From positions 1 to 64,000 of IMG/VR virus record IMGVR_UViG_3300028840_008185: a stretch of 64,000 nucleotides of DNA. The stretch is one strand, 5' to 3'. Each line of letters begins with the position of its first letter. Position 1 is the stretch's first letter. The notes under the pieces are model-generated. The model saw only the letters and a program-made list of their open reading frames with translations, made no database searches and was not told the DNA's origin. Below, in pieces: positions 1 through 10,267 of this stretch. The position numbers were made by a program, and so were the translations under genes.

Positions 1-321
1 TCATTTCCTTCTCCTTACCTCGGTTGCTATTCCATAAATAGCATTTGGGCCAACCCAACCATTTATGCCGCCTTTGTTATTTCCGATTTGGAATTTTTGC
101 TTGGTTCTGTGGCCCTTCATCGCTTTTATCAGGTGCAAATAAACTCTGCCCTTTACTCTCACTAGCACAATATCGCCCACTTTAAGATTTTCTGGAGAGC
201 ACTTCTCCACCACAACTGTATCGCCGCTATTCACTTTACCCTTCATAGAGTTTCCGTGGGGAGTTATTTCGGCGGAGTAGCCTTTACTTAGCTTGTCTAT
301 CGCGAAGTCTGCCCATCCCAT
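1..321 (-). CDS. S24/S26 peptidase-like protein
   Basis: GNSM...GDTVVV...GDIVLV...YLHLI pattern of the S24/S26 fold. Confidence 0.6.
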   Translation of the reverse strand: MGWADFAIDKLSKGYSAEITPHGNSMKGKVNSGDTVVVEKCSPENLKVGDIVLVRVKGRVYLHLIKAMKGHRTKQKFQIGNNKGGINGWVGPNAIYGIATEVRRRK

Positions 322-471
322 TTTTCACTTCATCTTTCCATTTCCAGCTAATTACAAATCTCATCTTATCGCCAGGCAAAAATTCCACAGTTCTGGTTAT
401 GCTTTTAAAGCCATATAGCTCCATAAGCTTATACCATCCCTCTTCCATGTTCATGGCTTTCTCCTTCCTTG

Positions 472-543
472 TAGCAGTGCCGGGAATTGAACCCGAAGAC
501 GCTAGGATATGAGCCCAGGTCAAGGAAACCACCTTACACTGCC
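472..543 (-). tRNA. tRNA-Met/Ile2 (CAT), atypical D arm
   Basis: GGCAGTG/CACTGCT acceptor, CTGGG-CTCATAT-CCTAG anticodon arm, TTCAATT T loop. Confidence 0.75.
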
Positions 544-1186
544 TTTTATTCTCTATTCATCATACTCATACTCTAAATTCACAAAACAACACTTCATCTG
601 GAAAAGCAGATGTTCGCTCTCCATAGACAAAAACTCGCACACTATATACTCTTTTCCATCATCCTCAACATAAAGATTCCAATACGGACATGGCCTATAG
701 TTTGCTTTTCCATGCTCCCCGAAAAAGCAATGCGGGCCATCTGGTATTAGAAACTTATTCTTTTTCATATCTACAGAGCCATCCCTCTCCGTTAATAAAG
801 TGAATGTGACTATTCCATTTCTCTCCCACTTGTTTGGAAATATTTGTGGGAAGCCAACAAACAACTTCCTTAAAACCATTGCCGTTGGGAGGAACTAACA
901 AAACCGCCCCAGCCATTACTTCAAACTTCCTATTCTTTGGAACAATCCCGGTCTCATAGACCATTTCAATCTTCTGCTGCCTCATTTTCTTTTTTCATCT
1001 CCTCTTTAAAATATTTCTCCAGCTTCTCCGTGAATTCATATGCTGCAACCCCGCGATCAATTTCTTTAATAACCTCGACTATTGTATCATTATCTAAGCC
1101 AAGTATAGCTTCAACTAAATCATCAAGCGGGAACTCAACCGTTAATCTTGTGCGAGTTCTCATTGGAGGCAATCTATATTTAACCA

Positions 1187-2263
1187 TTACTCACCCTTAA
1201 CTGCTTCGTTATACTTCCATATATCCATCTTCTCACAAAAAGCAACCAGCAACTCGACTGTATTCTCCAGGTCATCCAGACTCATCACTTCTGCTGGAGT
1301 GTGCATATATCTCATTGGAACGGATAGATTGGCACAAGCTACGCCGCCTTTAGACAGTGAAATCACATCAGCGTCAGTTCCACTCCACTTGGGCATGGCT
1401 TCCATCTGGACATCTATTCTACACTCTTCAGCCACTTCTACTAAAAAGTCTTTAACGCCCGGATGAGCAACCGATCCAATAGAAATAACTGGGCCTTTCC
1501 CCAGCTTAACATCGCCATGTCTCTCCTTGGAAACATCAGGAAAATCCGTTCCATGTGTTCCATCTATTACTACGGCCACTTCTGGAGCCAGATTATAGGC
1601 ACTCATAGTTGCGCCGTAGGCGCCGTTCTCTTCTTGGATGCTCGCCAAACCATAAACCGTATTTCTAAGCCTGCCACGTTCGTTCAATCTCACCAGAGTC
1701 TCAGCGACACACCAGGCTCCCATTCTATCATCGAAGCCACGACCAACTACGCAATTGTTCATAAGTTCTCTATACTCAGCTTCGAAAACAATGGGATCTC
1801 CAACAGAGATCATCCTAAGAGCATCTTCCTTATCAGCCGCGCCAATATCGATCCACATATCATACATCTTGAGATCTTCCGCTTGTTCGTCTTCAGTCAT
1901 CATATGGGTCGCTTTGCGACCTACAAGCCCATACACAGGGCCCTTTTTGTTATGGATAATTACTCTCTTTGCCGCCACAATTGAAGGATCTACATAACCT
2001 ATAGAACTAAAATATGCATATCCTTCATCATTTATATATTTGACCATAAAGCCAACTTCATCAATATGACCACATAGTAATATTCTGGGATTGCTATTTG
2101 AAAGGCTTCCAGCCGCACTCCCATAAATGTCGCCTCTCAAGAGCGGGATTCCTGCCGAAGATACATAGTCTTTCCAAAGCTTTAGGGCGGGCGCTTCAAA
2201 GCCAGAAGGGCTTGGGGTGTTAATCAACTCTCTCAAAAAATCTAGCGACTTACTTCTGTCCAT
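1187..2263 (-). CDS. M42 family metallo-aminopeptidase
   Basis: GHIDEVG, FDDR, QEE, GTDA and RYMHT metal-ligand motifs. Confidence 0.92.
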   Translation of the reverse strand: MDRSKSLDFLRELINTPSPSGFEAPALKLWKDYVSSAGIPLLRGDIYGSAAGSLSNSNPRILLCGHIDEVGFMVKYINDEGYAYFSSIGYVDPSIVAAKRVIIHNKKGPVYGLVGRKATHMMTEDEQAEDLKMYDMWIDIGAADKEDALRMISVGDPIVFEAEYRELMNNCVVGRGFDDRMGAWCVAETLVRLNERGRLRNTVYGLASIQEENGAYGATMSAYNLAPEVAVVIDGTHGTDFPDVSKERHGDVKLGKGPVISIGSVAHPGVKDFLVEVAEECRIDVQMEAMPKWSGTDADVISLSKGGVACANLSVPMRYMHTPAEVMSLDDLENTVELLVAFCEKMDIWKYNEAVKGE

Positions 2264-2483
2264 CTTCTCTCCCTTCAATTTCTTCCTTCACTTTATCATA
2301 CTTTTCGATAATTCGTTTATACATTTTTTCAGTATTCTTTAATGTATCGGCCACATGTTCCTTTGCTCTCTTAAGATACTCCAACAGGGCCCTTAATTCT
2401 TCTTTCGACTTCTCTCTAATGGGTTTGTCCATATTGGGTTCCACCTCCGGGATAAAGTTACAAGCTTCCACTTTATTCCTTCG

Positions 2484-2555
2484 TACCCCAACCAGGGATC
2501 CAACCTGGACTACTCGGGTAGGAGCCGAGCGCACTATGCATTATGCTATTGGGGC
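2484..2555 (-). tRNA. tRNA-Arg (CCT)
   Basis: cloverleaf; CTCGG-CTCCTAC-CCGAG. Confidence 0.85.
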
Positions 2556-3128
2556 TAATTTATGTAGAGTCACGGCTAAAACAAAGGCGTGTCCCATCTT
2601 CTTCTCGCGACTATTAAGGACATCTTTCATATCCATTCCCAACTTTTTGTGGTTGTATCCATCAAAGTCCCAAAGATACAAGTGGGCGCCGCTTCTATAC
2701 ATCTCAAGCAACCTATCAAACTCTTCCAACTTAACCACTTCATTCGAATATAGAGGTATGTATATCCTTTTCCTTGCTTCTATGTAGTCTAACTTCTCAC
2801 CATCCCAATAACTAAACTCGGGGCTCGCGCCTTTGCTCATCGGGTACCTGACGGCTCTACTATTATTCCAACCATTTATGGCCCATGACCAGTATTCTCC
2901 GTTAGGGTGCCCATTGGGATTCAGGTGCTTCTCATACACCTTGGAAAACTGCCAGCCATTTTCCACATTCTTCGATACGAAAGGGCCATATAGCTTACAG
3001 GGGCCAAGAAAGAACGGACTAAAGGCTTTCGTCCAGTTCGTAGATCTTGATGTCGTGTTTATGAACACAGCATCTTCGGGAATAGGCTCTCTGTCCCGTG
3101 GCCCCACTATCGTAATTCTGCCCGTCAT
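2541..3128 (-). CDS. conserved phage protein, DUF6939-like
   Basis: SPF...VENGWQFSKVY...YIEARKRIYIPLY...LWDFD...GHA pattern, recognised from memory. Confidence 0.5.
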   Translation of the reverse strand: MTGRITIVGPRDREPIPEDAVFINTTSRSTNWTKAFSPFFLGPCKLYGPFVSKNVENGWQFSKVYEKHLNPNGHPNGEYWSWAINGWNNSRAVRYPMSKGASPEFSYWDGEKLDYIEARKRIYIPLYSNEVVKLEEFDRLLEMYRSGAHLYLWDFDGYNHKKLGMDMKDVLNSREKKMGHAFVLAVTLHKLAPIA

Positions 3129-4106
3129 TACTGCTCCAATCCTTCAAGCTCTCTTCTAATTTTTTCCTGTTGCCGCTCCAACTTTCTTTTCTTAGCGGCC
3201 AAACTTCTTTCTTTCTTCTCTGCATCCTTTTGTGCTTTTATGGCCGCCTTGGTAGCCTTAATCTCATCTTTGTTCTCTTTATACCACGCTTGATATTCTT
3301 TTAAACCCTGCTTATACTGCCTAACTCTTTCGTCATATTCTTCTAGTGGTTCCCATTCAGTATAAGTAAACTTTGGCCTGAGTTCCTGTATTACGTAATG
3401 ATACTTAGCCCAATGCTCAGGATACACCTCGGAAAAATCAACCCCCTTGTCCTCAAAGTGTTTCACAACGTCAGCAAGCGAAGGGCTTGGAACTTCTTCG
3501 TAATCACACTCATCTATAATTTCATCGCCATCCTCAGTAAAGACCGGCACTTCCTTGGGCATAGGAAAAAGCTCTATTTCAACCCTTCTTATAATCTTTC
3601 TTCCCTCGGGCTGCTGTGGTCTCTTCCTTAACTCTATCATTTATTTCTCCTAAACTTGCAGTCTAAAGCTTCCTATCATCTTAGGTATATCTTTCAAATC
3701 AAAGTGAGTAATAGACTCTGAAACATTCTCACCCGTGTATTGGTCCTTAAGTATTCCATAACAAGTGGTATGGGTCTTGTGGAGATTCCAAGGGCGCATG
3801 CCCTCTTTGACCCCGACATACTCATAAAGAATCCCGTTGATAGAAAAGAAAATATTGTATTCCAATCTGGCTTTCCAATACTCAAGCTTCAAAACGCCCC
3901 AGCATTCTTGCTCATGACACAAGCCCTCGATTGTAATGTTGCCCTTAAGTTTTTGGGACAAGAAGTATGAACTTAATGGATTAGCCCATTTGAAAATATT
4001 CTCTGGCCCCCATTCTACATTGAACTCCATGAACAATGCGAGTCCGCCGTCGGGCAAAAACCTGTGCGTGCCGGTCATAGTCTCTTTCATCTTAAAGCCA
4101 AACATT

Positions 4107-4907
4107 CTAACTCCTTGCGAGTAGCTTGTTGGTAAGCCACGAAACTGAATCTGCCACTGGTGGCAGAGATCTCATAACAAAACCAATCCTGTTGATAGGA
4201 TTGATCATCTCAACTCTCTTGTTCTTCTCAACTGCTCTTAGTATCTTCTTGGCAACTGACTGCGGCGTATTAGAATAATAAGGTATTAGTTTCATCGACA
4301 TTCTTGCCGCAAAAGTATCGCCCTCAACACCCTTATAAAATGGCGTATCAACCATAAATGGATAGACAGTGCTTACTTTGACCCCATGCTTGGCCAATTC
4401 GAAACTTAGAAGCTCTGACATTGCGCCTAAGGCCACCTTAGTTGTAGCATATGCTCCCCAAGTTGGCAAGCGGAAGAACGCCTGACCGGAGGAAACATTG
4501 ACGATGTGCCCCGAGCCCTGTTCGATCATACCTGGCAGAAATTCGTTGATATGGTAGATTGGACCGAGGAGGTTGACATTTACCAACCTTCTCCACTCAT
4601 AGTGATCCATATCCGCCATTTCTTTGTTGCAGGCCATCCCAGCGTTGTTAATCAAAACGTCTATGCCGCCCCATTCATCCTCGATGTGGGCTCTTACCAT
4701 TTGAATGTCTTTAACAAATTCCACATCACATCTGTAATTATAGACCGTTTTCAGGAACATGGTTTCTAACTCTTTTCGAGCCTCAGAAAGTCTGTCTCTA
4801 TCCTTGTCTGTTATAATCACGGTGGCACCGGCACGAAGGAACTCTTCCGCTAGGCAAAACCCAATGCCGCTTGCGGCTCCTGTTATTAGAACTCTCTTAT
4901 CTTTCAT
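4107..4907 (-). CDS. short-chain dehydrogenase/reductase
   Basis: TGAASGIG, NNAG, YxxxK; start moved downstream of the overlapping tRNA-Cys. Confidence 0.92.
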   Translation of the reverse strand: MKDKRVLITGAASGIGFCLAEEFLRAGATVIITDKDRDRLSEARKELETMFLKTVYNYRCDVEFVKDIQMVRAHIEDEWGGIDVLINNAGMACNKEMADMDHYEWRRLVNVNLLGPIYHINEFLPGMIEQGSGHIVNVSSGQAFFRLPTWGAYATTKVALGAMSELLSFELAKHGVKVSTVYPFMVDTPFYKGVEGDTFAARMSMKLIPYYSNTPQSVAKKILRAVEKNKRVEMINPINRIGFVMRSLPPVADSVSWLTNKLLARS

Positions 4908-4923
4908 CCCTCCTCCTTTTGGG

Positions 4924-4992
4924 AGGCGGCGAGGGGAATTAAACCCGCTCCGCGTGGGGTTGCAATCCACGATGGCCTCAGGCCGCGCCGCC
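4924..4992 (-). tRNA. tRNA-Cys (GCA), reduced D loop
   Basis: GGCGGCG/CGCCGCC-U73, loop TTGCAAC; D arm only GGCC-TGA-GGCC. Confidence 0.65.
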
Positions 4993-5554
4993 TTTAACTC
5001 TTTTTTTCATTAGTTTCTGCATATAGCTAATACCCAACTCATGCCTTATTTTCTCCACGGCGTCATTAAAAAGATCAGCATTACACTTACATGGAGCTGG
5101 CCAACCAGTATCATCGTCGGCTGGGCAACTATTAGAATGAGGCATCGCGGGGATCTCTTCGACCAGCAGTTTTATCCTGCCGATTTTCTCTATCAGTTCT
5201 ATCAGTTTATCATCCATCTAAATTCTCCGCCAATAGCTCATCAAGCTCTTCTTGCATTATAGCTTTAATCCTTTTGCTGACCGTCTTTTCGATCTCTTGC
5301 TTCAGCTTTAGTGCATATTCATGCCACTCTGCTTCGTGATGTGGACACCAGAAGCAATCGTGCTTCCTCTTTGACTTGGCTATAGCCGCCACGTATGAAG
5401 TGGGGCCAAGTCTATCTCTCTCAACAACACATTTCGTATTGCAAACTCTACATTCCATTTCATCCCACTTCCCTGGATCTGGATGGAACACTGTGTATCC
5501 TTTATATAGCGTCATTTTTCCTCCCTTCTTCCTTTCTTCCTTTCTTTCTTCCTG

Positions 5555-5627
5555 AGCCCCCGTCGGGAATCGAACCCGACCCTCTGCCGTACCAAGGCAG
5601 CATCCCAACCATGTGGACCTCGGGGGC
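5555..5627 (-). tRNA. tRNA-Thr (GGT)
   Basis: CTGCC-TTGGTAC-GGCAG; TTCGATT T loop. Confidence 0.85.
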
Positions 5628-6055
5628 GTTATACCACAAACAATAGCACAAGGCAAATTCCTATACTACCAATAAGCATGCCTAGCATAAACCAAAGGGC
5701 TTTGTCGCTAAACATATCAACCTCCGCCTATATGTACCTTTTCTATTAATAGTTGTTTAACTGCCCGTAATTATTCCTCTTCTATGGAGATTTCCACCTT
5801 TTCTTTCCTCAGCGGACACCAGGAAGGTGCTGGAATCACTGAGCTTAGCGTCTGCTTAGCCAAGACGCAGTGTGCTGTTGGTATGTCAAAGTGCCAATGG
5901 CTATGGTGATTCAAATCCCCAAACGGGCAGTCTTTACAGTTCTTTATTTTGATTTCCACTTTCTTCCTCTTTATTTCTTTCTCTTTGTAAATACCTGGTA
6001 GGTTTACTATGATCCCAGAAAAATGGCTGTGTATTCCCATCAAAACCTCTATTCG

Positions 6056-6128
6056 TACCCCCAGCCGGATTTGAACCGGCATCCCTGGATCGAGAATCCA
6101 GGATCCTGAACCGTTAGACGATGGGGGC
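6056..6128 (-). tRNA. tRNA-Glu (CTC)
   Basis: canonical cloverleaf; CTGGA-TTCTCGA-TCCAG. Confidence 0.92.
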
Positions 6129-6136
6129 GGTGAAAC

Positions 6137-6808
6137 TTAATGCGGATAGAACACTACCCGCTTCTCTTTAGGGTCAAAGCAGATCTTACAAGTCGCACAA
6201 GACTCGCTCTTGTCCAACTGCTTCTTGCAAGTAACTTCATCCCAATTGTCACTGATACTTGCGATCCTCATCCATCTCTTTGGCCGAGAATCCATAGTAT
6301 CATCATAGGAGCACATCACATGGAAGTTGCGGATTCTGCTGGACTCCTTGAGAATCTCATACCATCCTTCAATCCGCCACTGCTTTGTATAGCAGAAGAA
6401 GGTGATTTCTTTGTGCTTTCTGGCTATATCCAACCAAGTGCGGAAGTAATCCACGCTGTAGAAGTCTCCGTTTGAGTGGATCCTTACGACGTTGAATCCA
6501 TTTTCAACAATCTTGTCAAGCTCGAACGAGAGCCTCTCCATGAAGGTTTCTGGGTCTAATGTGACCGTAAGCTTGCGATCTATGGATGCTTTCGTGTGCT
6601 TGAACGTCCAGTTGCCTTTCTTGCCGTAGCAATACTTAGCGCACCACGGCGAGGCTCCAGCACAAGTGACCCCAGCAGGAATGTTGAATGTCCAACACTG
6701 AAGCGTCTTGTTCCAGGTTAAAAGATGCAAATACCTGGTAAGGGTTGATGGCTTCAAGCATTTCTTCTTCTTTTGCCTTTTAACTTCTTCCTTCTCCATT
6801 GTCTTCAT
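6137..6808 (-). CDS. Gp88-like Cys-cluster phage protein
   Basis: TC...WC..YCY, RIHSNGDFY, YTK and C-terminal C..C..C. Confidence 0.7.
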   Translation of the reverse strand: MKTMEKEEVKRQKKKKCLKPSTLTRYLHLLTWNKTLQCWTFNIPAGVTCAGASPWCAKYCYGKKGNWTFKHTKASIDRKLTVTLDPETFMERLSFELDKIVENGFNVVRIHSNGDFYSVDYFRTWLDIARKHKEITFFCYTKQWRIEGWYEILKESSRIRNFHVMCSYDDTMDSRPKRWMRIASISDNWDEVTCKKQLDKSESCATCKICFDPKEKRVVFYPH

Positions 6809-7391
6809 CTTCCTTCTCCTTTTCTAAATAAACTCGCAGGCTCTAAGTATTATGATTCCAAACATTCCAACAAGAACTAGCATCCAAATTGCAACAAAGG
6901 TCCAACCAATTGCCCTTGAAAAACGCGGAAACTTTTCATAGATGTGCTGGCAGCCGCGAATAATGCCAAACACAACAAGAGCGAGAGCTATTATAAAGCC
7001 CATCATCATTAGGAACTCTCTGGATTCTTCCGGACTAATCATTCTTCAGCCTTTCTAATACTCTATCAATGACCTTCTGTGCTCTTTTACTTGGCCTCTT
7101 TGTCAAGAAACCTCTTCTCCTGCCCTTGTCGTAAGGAACCGGAGTGGAAAACTGCACTGCGGTTAAGTCCACAACCTTGCCGTTATCTTCTATCCACCAG
7201 TGAGAAGCGCCCTCGTGCTTTAAATTGACCGCATATAATCCGGCGGCTTTGCCGCCTTTCAGGTGATAGTAAGCCTCGCTGGCCACATAACAATGACCTG
7301 CGAGAGGATGAGTTCCACGGAACTGCGGCTTCAGCAGATCTGGCGTTAGAGACTTTACGATAAGCTTCTTGATGTTCATATTTTCCTTTCG

Positions 7392-7471
7392 AGCCGGGTG
7401 GAGGAATCGAACCCCTTGCCTTTCGGCGGCGCCTTACAAGGGCGCTGTCAGCCCAGCCGACATCACCCGGC
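7392..7471 (-). tRNA. tRNA-Thr (TGT), atypical: 8/4 fold with variable-arm hairpin
   Basis: GCCGGGTG/CACCCGGC, GCGCC-CTTGTAA-GGCGC, V arm GCC-GAAA-GGC. Confidence 0.8.
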
Positions 7472-7478
7472 GGTGTTA

Positions 7479-7947
7479 TTGAGAAGATCGATAGGCGGGA
7501 TTCTGTCTAGGGCCATCATTCATCTAGGCCAGCCATTACTGACTAGCTCAAGCCCCCTACCCAATCCTTAATCTGCGAGCAACAGACGGATCTGTTTGGA
7601 GTTGCACCACCTAGAGATTGGCCGTTTCAACCAGACTTAACTGGCTCGTCTCTGTTCCTCTAATCCGGCCCTCACGGGCGATGGGCGTTGCCCACTAAGC
7701 TGCTCTGTGGTGTCCCGACCTTCCTCGTCAAGATTGCTCGTCTCCATAAATTAGTTTGCGTAGAATCTCATATGCCACCTTAGCACACTTTTCTTGGTAA
7801 AGTTCTTTTGCTTTGCAATAAACCTTACCCTCATTTTCAAAGGTTCCCAGAAGCCTATGAAGTTCAACATACGCCCTAATAAGCTCATCCTTCTCTTCGT
7901 AAGTCATGGAGACTCGCTTTCTTGCCGCGATGGCCTAATCTTCTCAA
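7479..7947 (-). ncRNA. rnpB: RNase P RNA, minimal bacterial type, with an ORF-containing P3 insertion
   Basis: CR-I GAGGAAGGTCGGGAC, CR-II ACAGAGA, CR-III TGAAAC, CR-IV AGATGAAT, CR-V ACAGAATCCCGCCTA; P1 TTGAGAAGAT/ATCTTCTCAA; P2 GGCCATC/GATGGCC. Confidence 0.93.
7728..7907 (-). CDS. 59-aa ORF nested in RNase P RNA helix P3 (MTYEEKDELIRAYVELHRLLGTFENEGKVYCKAKELYQEKCAKVAYEILRKLIYGDEQS)
   Basis: uninterrupted ATG..TGA frame filling the P3 insertion; composition like neighbouring phage ORFs; just under the ORF-track cutoff. Confidence 0.7.
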   Translation of the reverse strand: MTYEEKDELIRAYVELHRLLGTFENEGKVYCKAKELYQEKCAKVAYEILRKLIYGDEQS

Positions 7948-8279
7948 CTCTTATAAACTGCAATAATCAAGATTTTACCCCTGATGTGCTTATTGAACTC
8001 TTCCAATTCTTCCGCCGGAATCCAATATTCTTCATGTATGGAACTCCCAACAATATGAGTTTCATATTTGCTTATGAAGTCATCGTCAATCTCAAACTTG
8101 CATACATAACCTACGGCTCCACCCGCAGTGTTCCAATCCCTGGCGATCTGTTCAGCATACTCAAAGTTAGATACAGGATAGAAAAGGGGCTGCCCAGGCA
8201 GCCTGGGCGGGAAAGACCTAAACCTGGATTGAGCGATTTTATTACATTCACTCTCACCAAGCGAGCGATACAAAATCAT
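7944..8279 (-). CDS. conserved small protein of the family often labelled ADP-ribosylation/crystallin J1
   Basis: LYR...FPPRLP.QP.FYPV.N..YA.QIARDWN...HEEYWIPAEELEEFN. Confidence 0.65.
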   Translation of the reverse strand: MILYRSLGESECNKIAQSRFRSFPPRLPGQPLFYPVSNFEYAEQIARDWNTAGGAVGYVCKFEIDDDFISKYETHIVGSSIHEEYWIPAEELEEFNKHIRGKILIIAVYKS

Positions 8280-8551
8280 TAGCCTTTGCTCTCCACAGGA
8301 TCTTCACCATAGGTGTATTCGGCCTGGAACTTGCCGTCTTTCTTATGGACAATCACCTGGCCAAGTTTAGCTTTCTTAGCTGCTTCCTTTGCTCTGGCCA
8401 CAGCCTCAGCCTTCTTGGGAAACTTGCCGTTTGCGATAGTATAGCCCCTTTCCTGCTTCACCTTCCAGCACTTATCCTGATATACTACATGATAGACCTT
8501 TCTACCTTTGCCCTCCAGCACTTCGTATTCCGCGTAATAATTATTTTCCAT
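8279..8551 (-). CDS. DUF2188 family protein
   Basis: YHVV...W.VK...KAEAVARA...VIVHKKDGKFQ..YTYG.DP. Confidence 0.8.
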   Translation of the reverse strand: MENNYYAEYEVLEGKGRKVYHVVYQDKCWKVKQERGYTIANGKFPKKAEAVARAKEAAKKAKLGQVIVHKKDGKFQAEYTYGEDPVESKG

Positions 8552-8895
8552 TTCTTTCTCCTATCCCATAGAGAAGCCGCAAATCTTCTCAAATATTCCT
8601 GGCTTCTCGCATTTTTCAATTTTGTATTCCATCACGCCAATTTCTCGCTCTTGTGAAGCATCTACAGCATACCAAGTTTCTTCTGGCTTCATATAAAACC
8701 CGCTGTGGATTTTTTCTATTAGGGCCACATTGTATTCGCCGTATTCATACATGTCGCCCTCATTGCTTAACACATACCTCTCAGCCTCTTCAAAACTGTT
8801 AAACCAACCCACAGCTCTTTCCTGCTTTACAATACCACTTTGAATCTTAAAAAGCACAATTACATATATATATTCCATTTGTCTTACCTTTCCCG

Positions 8896-8968
8896 AGCCC
8901 CAACCCGGATTCGAACCGAAGACCTCTAGATTACGAAACTAGCGTGCAACCAATAACACTTCTGGGGC
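8896..8968 (-). tRNA. tRNA-Thr (CGT)
   Basis: CTAG-T-TTCGTAA-T-CTAG; TTCGAAT T loop. Confidence 0.8.
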
Positions 8969-8969
8969 C

Positions 8970-9608
8970 CTAAATATCTATTACCGTTACTTCTCTATTC
9001 ACCGGCTTGCAGTAAGCAACGTTCGCAAATATACAACCATCTTTCTCTTTCCTAAAGCCGCCACCAGAATGGACATGGCCATACACATGAACCTTGGGCG
9101 AAAGATCTTCAAGCCTGTCTAGGAGCGCCTCGCTTCCCACATGCTCCGTTCTCTGGTAAGGCACGTCGCCAAACCCGTGAGGAGCGCCATGGGTGATTAG
9201 TATGTCCACATCATCGGGGATGAGGCTATACTTCTCAACCAAGTCTTCCCCATGCCTGGGGAGATCGAATACTCCCATGCCTATAAGACGAGGAACCCAC
9301 GGGGTTCCATAAACCTTAAAGCCTTCTATCTCTATTGAGGCATCCTGCAAATAGGTGCAGGGGAGTTCGCTTATTCTCTTTGGCTCCCTGGCTAAGAAGT
9401 GGTCATGATTCCCACCAACCAAAAGCTTATGCTTGTGAGGCAGGTGTTCTATCCACTTGTAGAAATCCCCAAGAATATCACCGAAAGCCGCCATCTTTTC
9501 CTGGCCAAAATTCAGGAAGTCTCCAGCATGGATAAATATATCGCCGTCAGGAATGTAGGGAATATCCCTATGATCTCCATGCGTGTCGGCTATTGCTACA
9601 ATTCTCAT
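8970..9608 (-). CDS. calcineurin-like metallophosphoesterase
   Basis: DTH, HAGD, GNHD, THG and GHVH motifs. Confidence 0.92.
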   Translation of the reverse strand: MRIVAIADTHGDHRDIPYIPDGDIFIHAGDFLNFGQEKMAAFGDILGDFYKWIEHLPHKHKLLVGGNHDHFLAREPKRISELPCTYLQDASIEIEGFKVYGTPWVPRLIGMGVFDLPRHGEDLVEKYSLIPDDVDILITHGAPHGFGDVPYQRTEHVGSEALLDRLEDLSPKVHVYGHVHSGGGFRKEKDGCIFANVAYCKPVNREVTVIDI

Positions 9609-9623
9609 TTCCTCCTCCGTATG

Positions 9624-9711
9624 TGCCCCCGGTAGGACTCGAACCTACACGCCATATTTCAGGCGCCAGATTTTGAATCTGGTGCGTCTACCAAGATTCC
9701 GCCACGAGGGC
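9624..9711 (-). tRNA. tRNA-Leu (CAA)
   Basis: type II cloverleaf; CCAGA-TTCAAAA-TCTGG. Confidence 0.92.
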
Positions 9712-10194
9712 TTAATTTTCAATTTTCTTTTCGTCAAAAGATCCAGTCTTCGCCAATCGGCCATTTTCATCCGTCATATCTTTGGCCAAAAGAATAGCCT
9801 TTTGAACCAAACCGCCAAACTCTTCAAGCTTCATATGGTTGCCTTCCGAATCAGGCGTAACACTCAAATAAACTTTTTTGGTTGTGGGACTATATCTCAT
9901 CACAACCACTTTGTCTCCGGGAATGATTTGCTCCGATATTTTACACAACGCAGCTCCTTCAGGGCCAAGAACCTTGGGAAGAGCCCCTATGAGTGTTTGG
10001 TTGGTTTCATTGGCCAACTTGAGCGTTTTAAGCAACTCTTCTAATTGCTTAAGATGTTCGTTCTCTTTCTTCAAAAACTCAATCTCTCTTTCCATTATTG
10101 CGCTCTCTGCCTTCATCTGCGCCGTTTCTTCTATCATCGCTTTAGTTTCTTCCATCATTTCTTTTACGCTTTTCTTAGCCATACCTCCTCCTTG

Positions 10195-10267
10195 TGCGGG
10201 CGGGGAGAATTGAACTCCCGCCTCATGGTTGGCAACCATACGTACTAAACCATTATACTACGCCCGC
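10195..10267 (-). tRNA. tRNA-Gly (GCC)
   Basis: GCGGGCG acceptor; loop TTGCCAA. Confidence 0.92.
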
